Assembly (NCBI GenBank): GCA_044347345.1
Contig: JBIKUX010000005.1
Coordinates: forward strand, 32,001-96,000
Reading direction: 5' to 3'
Length of the DNA stretch: 64,000 nucleotides
Origin: Bdellovibrionota bacterium
GTDB lineage: Bacteria; Bdellovibrionota_C; UBA2361; JBIKUX01
The translations under genes and the position numbers were made by a program. The notes beneath the pieces were generated by a model that worked only from the letters and a program-made list of their open reading frames with translations, did not search any database and was not told where the DNA came from. Shown piece by piece: positions 62,408 through 64,000 of the stretch. Within the stretch, counting starts at the first letter, position 1. Each line of letters starts with the position of its first letter.

Positions 62408-63538
62408 AAACCCTCCCCCCCTCTAACACGAAGAAATACTGACTCATCAGAGCTATACGATCATGCTTGGGAGTATATCACCGCATTTCTCTCGCAGAAG
62501 AGCCCTGAAACTCAACGTACCTACAAAACTGTTCTTAGGGAATTTACCTCTTTTTTGGGAAGTAGTTACGGTACGAGTAAAGCAGCTCAGGTTTTGTGTC
62601 GCGTTGATGAACGAATTGTTCTATCATACAGGGAATGGATAACTCACCTGCCAGGACAAACAAGCACGGTAATTCGTGCGAGTTATTCAAATTCAAATGA
62701 ACAATGTTCCCCTACCACTACTTATCTTTTTAACCAAAGTCCCGTCCACCCAACCCAAACGCCACACTCCAAGCGTGATGGTTTTCAGAGAACAGCGGGA
62801 AACGCCACGATAAGAAAAAAACTCACCATAATGCGACGTATCTACCGCGCGTTGTCGCCGATAATTTCTCATAATCCTTTCGATACCGATCTAATCTCCA
62901 TACCCTCCGAAAGGTCTGGAATGAAACGTCCTACACAATTGCTCTCTAATTTGGAGGTCACTAAACTTCTTGCACTTCCAGATCGTGCATCTATTAAGGG
63001 CTCACAAGACTACTGTATCCTTGCTCTTTTATTTGGATGTGGGCTAAGGCGAGGAGAAATAGCGCGGCTAGCTATGGGAGACATAGGAACCTCAAGAAAA
63101 AAAGACCTTCTAACGGTTACTCTTAGAGCGCCCAAAGGAGGAAAAGATGCAACTCTGCCACTACCATCTTGGACAGCCTCAGCAGTAAAAACCCAAAAAT
63201 TTCTGCGTGAAAGTCACGGAGCCTCATCCAGAGATCCACTGTTTGTTGGATTTAGCGGAAGAGGCGGTATTATTCCAACAACTCGCCCTATCTCAGTTGA
63301 AAGTATTTATACGATGTTTCTAAGATACTCTAAGCTGGCGAATCTAGCTTTAGGAGTTGCGCCTCATGCCGCAAGAGCAACAGCTATTACTACATTGCTT
63401 GATCGTGGGTTTTCCCACCGAGATGTAAAAAACTTTTCTCGGCATTCTAGTATTCAAATGGTAGAGGTATATGACAAACGTCGACTTGAAATAGAAGATA
63501 ATCCTGCTTTAAGTCTTGATTATGAAACTAAAAACTAG
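62399..63538 (+). CDS. Tyrosine recombinase (XerC/D-like)
   Basis: GLRRGE (R), KGGK (K), HAAR (HxxR), RHSS (H), EVYD (Y). Confidence 0.9.
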   Translation: MIHKPSPPLTRRNTDSSELYDHAWEYITAFLSQKSPETQRTYKTVLREFTSFLGSSYGTSKAAQVLCRVDERIVLSYREWITHLPGQTSTVIRASYSNSNEQCSPTTTYLFNQSPVHPTQTPHSKRDGFQRTAGNATIRKKLTIMRRIYRALSPIISHNPFDTDLISIPSERSGMKRPTQLLSNLEVTKLLALPDRASIKGSQDYCILALLFGCGLRRGEIARLAMGDIGTSRKKDLLTVTLRAPKGGKDATLPLPSWTASAVKTQKFLRESHGASSRDPLFVGFSGRGGIIPTTRPISVESIYTMFLRYSKLANLALGVAPHAARATAITTLLDRGFSHRDVKNFSRHSSIQMVEVYDKRRLEIEDNPALSLDYETKN

Positions 63539-63605
63539 CCCTATAGTTTACCACAAGATCTAGTAGCTAAAGCGCGGATACAAACTAAGTTTATTATTAA
63601 AAACC

Positions 63606-64000
63606 ATGGTTCAAGGATTATCTAAAAGTTTCGCTGATGAACAACTAAAAAAATTTGGGCCTAATGAATTACCTTCAGCACAACAAAAGCAATTATGGAG
63701 AATCGCCTATGAGGTTCTCAAAGAGCCAATGTTTCTGCTACTTCTTTTAAGTGGCACTTTTTACTTTCTTTTAGGAGATTACAAAGAAAGTCTGGTTCTT
63801 CTCTCCACAATTTTCGTTATCATCAGTATCACCTTTTATCAATACACAAGAACCGAACGAGCCCTTCAATCATTAAGAGACCTTTCATCCCCTCGAGCAC
63901 TAGTTATCCGTGATGGCCAGGAGATTAGAATAGCAGGCAGAGAGGTGGTGCCAATGGATTTACTAGTTTTAAATGAAGGAGACCGTATACCGGCTGATGC
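63606..64000 (+). CDS. Cation-translocating P-type ATPase, 3'-truncated by the window edge
   Basis: My translation: MVQGLS...FGPNELP...EPMFLLLL...ERALQSLRDLSSPRALVIRDG..EVVPMDLLVLNEGDRIPAD. Confidence 0.92.
   Translation, partial: MVQGLSKSFADEQLKKFGPNELPSAQQKQLWRIAYEVLKEPMFLLLLLSGTFYFLLGDYKESLVLLSTIFVIISITFYQYTRTERALQSLRDLSSPRALVIRDGQEIRIAGREVVPMDLLVLNEGDRIPAD

Noticed and set aside
51946-63538. dif site near ftsK or the Xer-like gene
   Set aside because: No match to the XerD arm TTATGTTAAA noticed by eye, and these genes need not be linked to dif

Overview
A 64-kb stretch of an AT-rich, diderm bacterial chromosome (LolA, MltA, FtsK and lipoproteins present). Gene order and sequence style loosely suggest a Bdellovibrionota/deltaproteobacterial-type lineage, which is an unverified impression. 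Most genes are housekeeping and lie on the minus strand: rpoZ-rel-htrA-mutL-miaA-accA-infA, purB-purS-purQ, a glycosyltransferase cluster, ftsK-lolA-pstSCAB-cysE-liv, ilvD and mltA. The plus strand carries a tyrosine recombinase and a truncated P-type ATPase, among others. I found no tRNA, rRNA, CRISPR array or transposase. Five things stand out. (1) About 20 short tandem duplications of roughly 15 nt occur throughout; they are 12/15/18 nt inside genes and mostly 13-16 nt between genes, and several share an AGACTGT core. (2) An orphan VirD4-like coupling protein with an extra C-terminal domain converges on a coiled-coil gene broken by two in-frame stops. (3) A non-RD Ser/Thr kinase with HEAT repeats is followed by two apparently catalytically dead amidotransferases (CobB-like, AsnB-like), with a perfect palindrome upstream and a hidden 38-aa membrane peptide gene between them. 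(4) A Liv-type ABC transporter has a binding protein-permease fusion and an ATPase with a membrane insertion. (5) There is a hyper-acidic 147-aa protein. All calls come from motif reading by eye; no searches were run.
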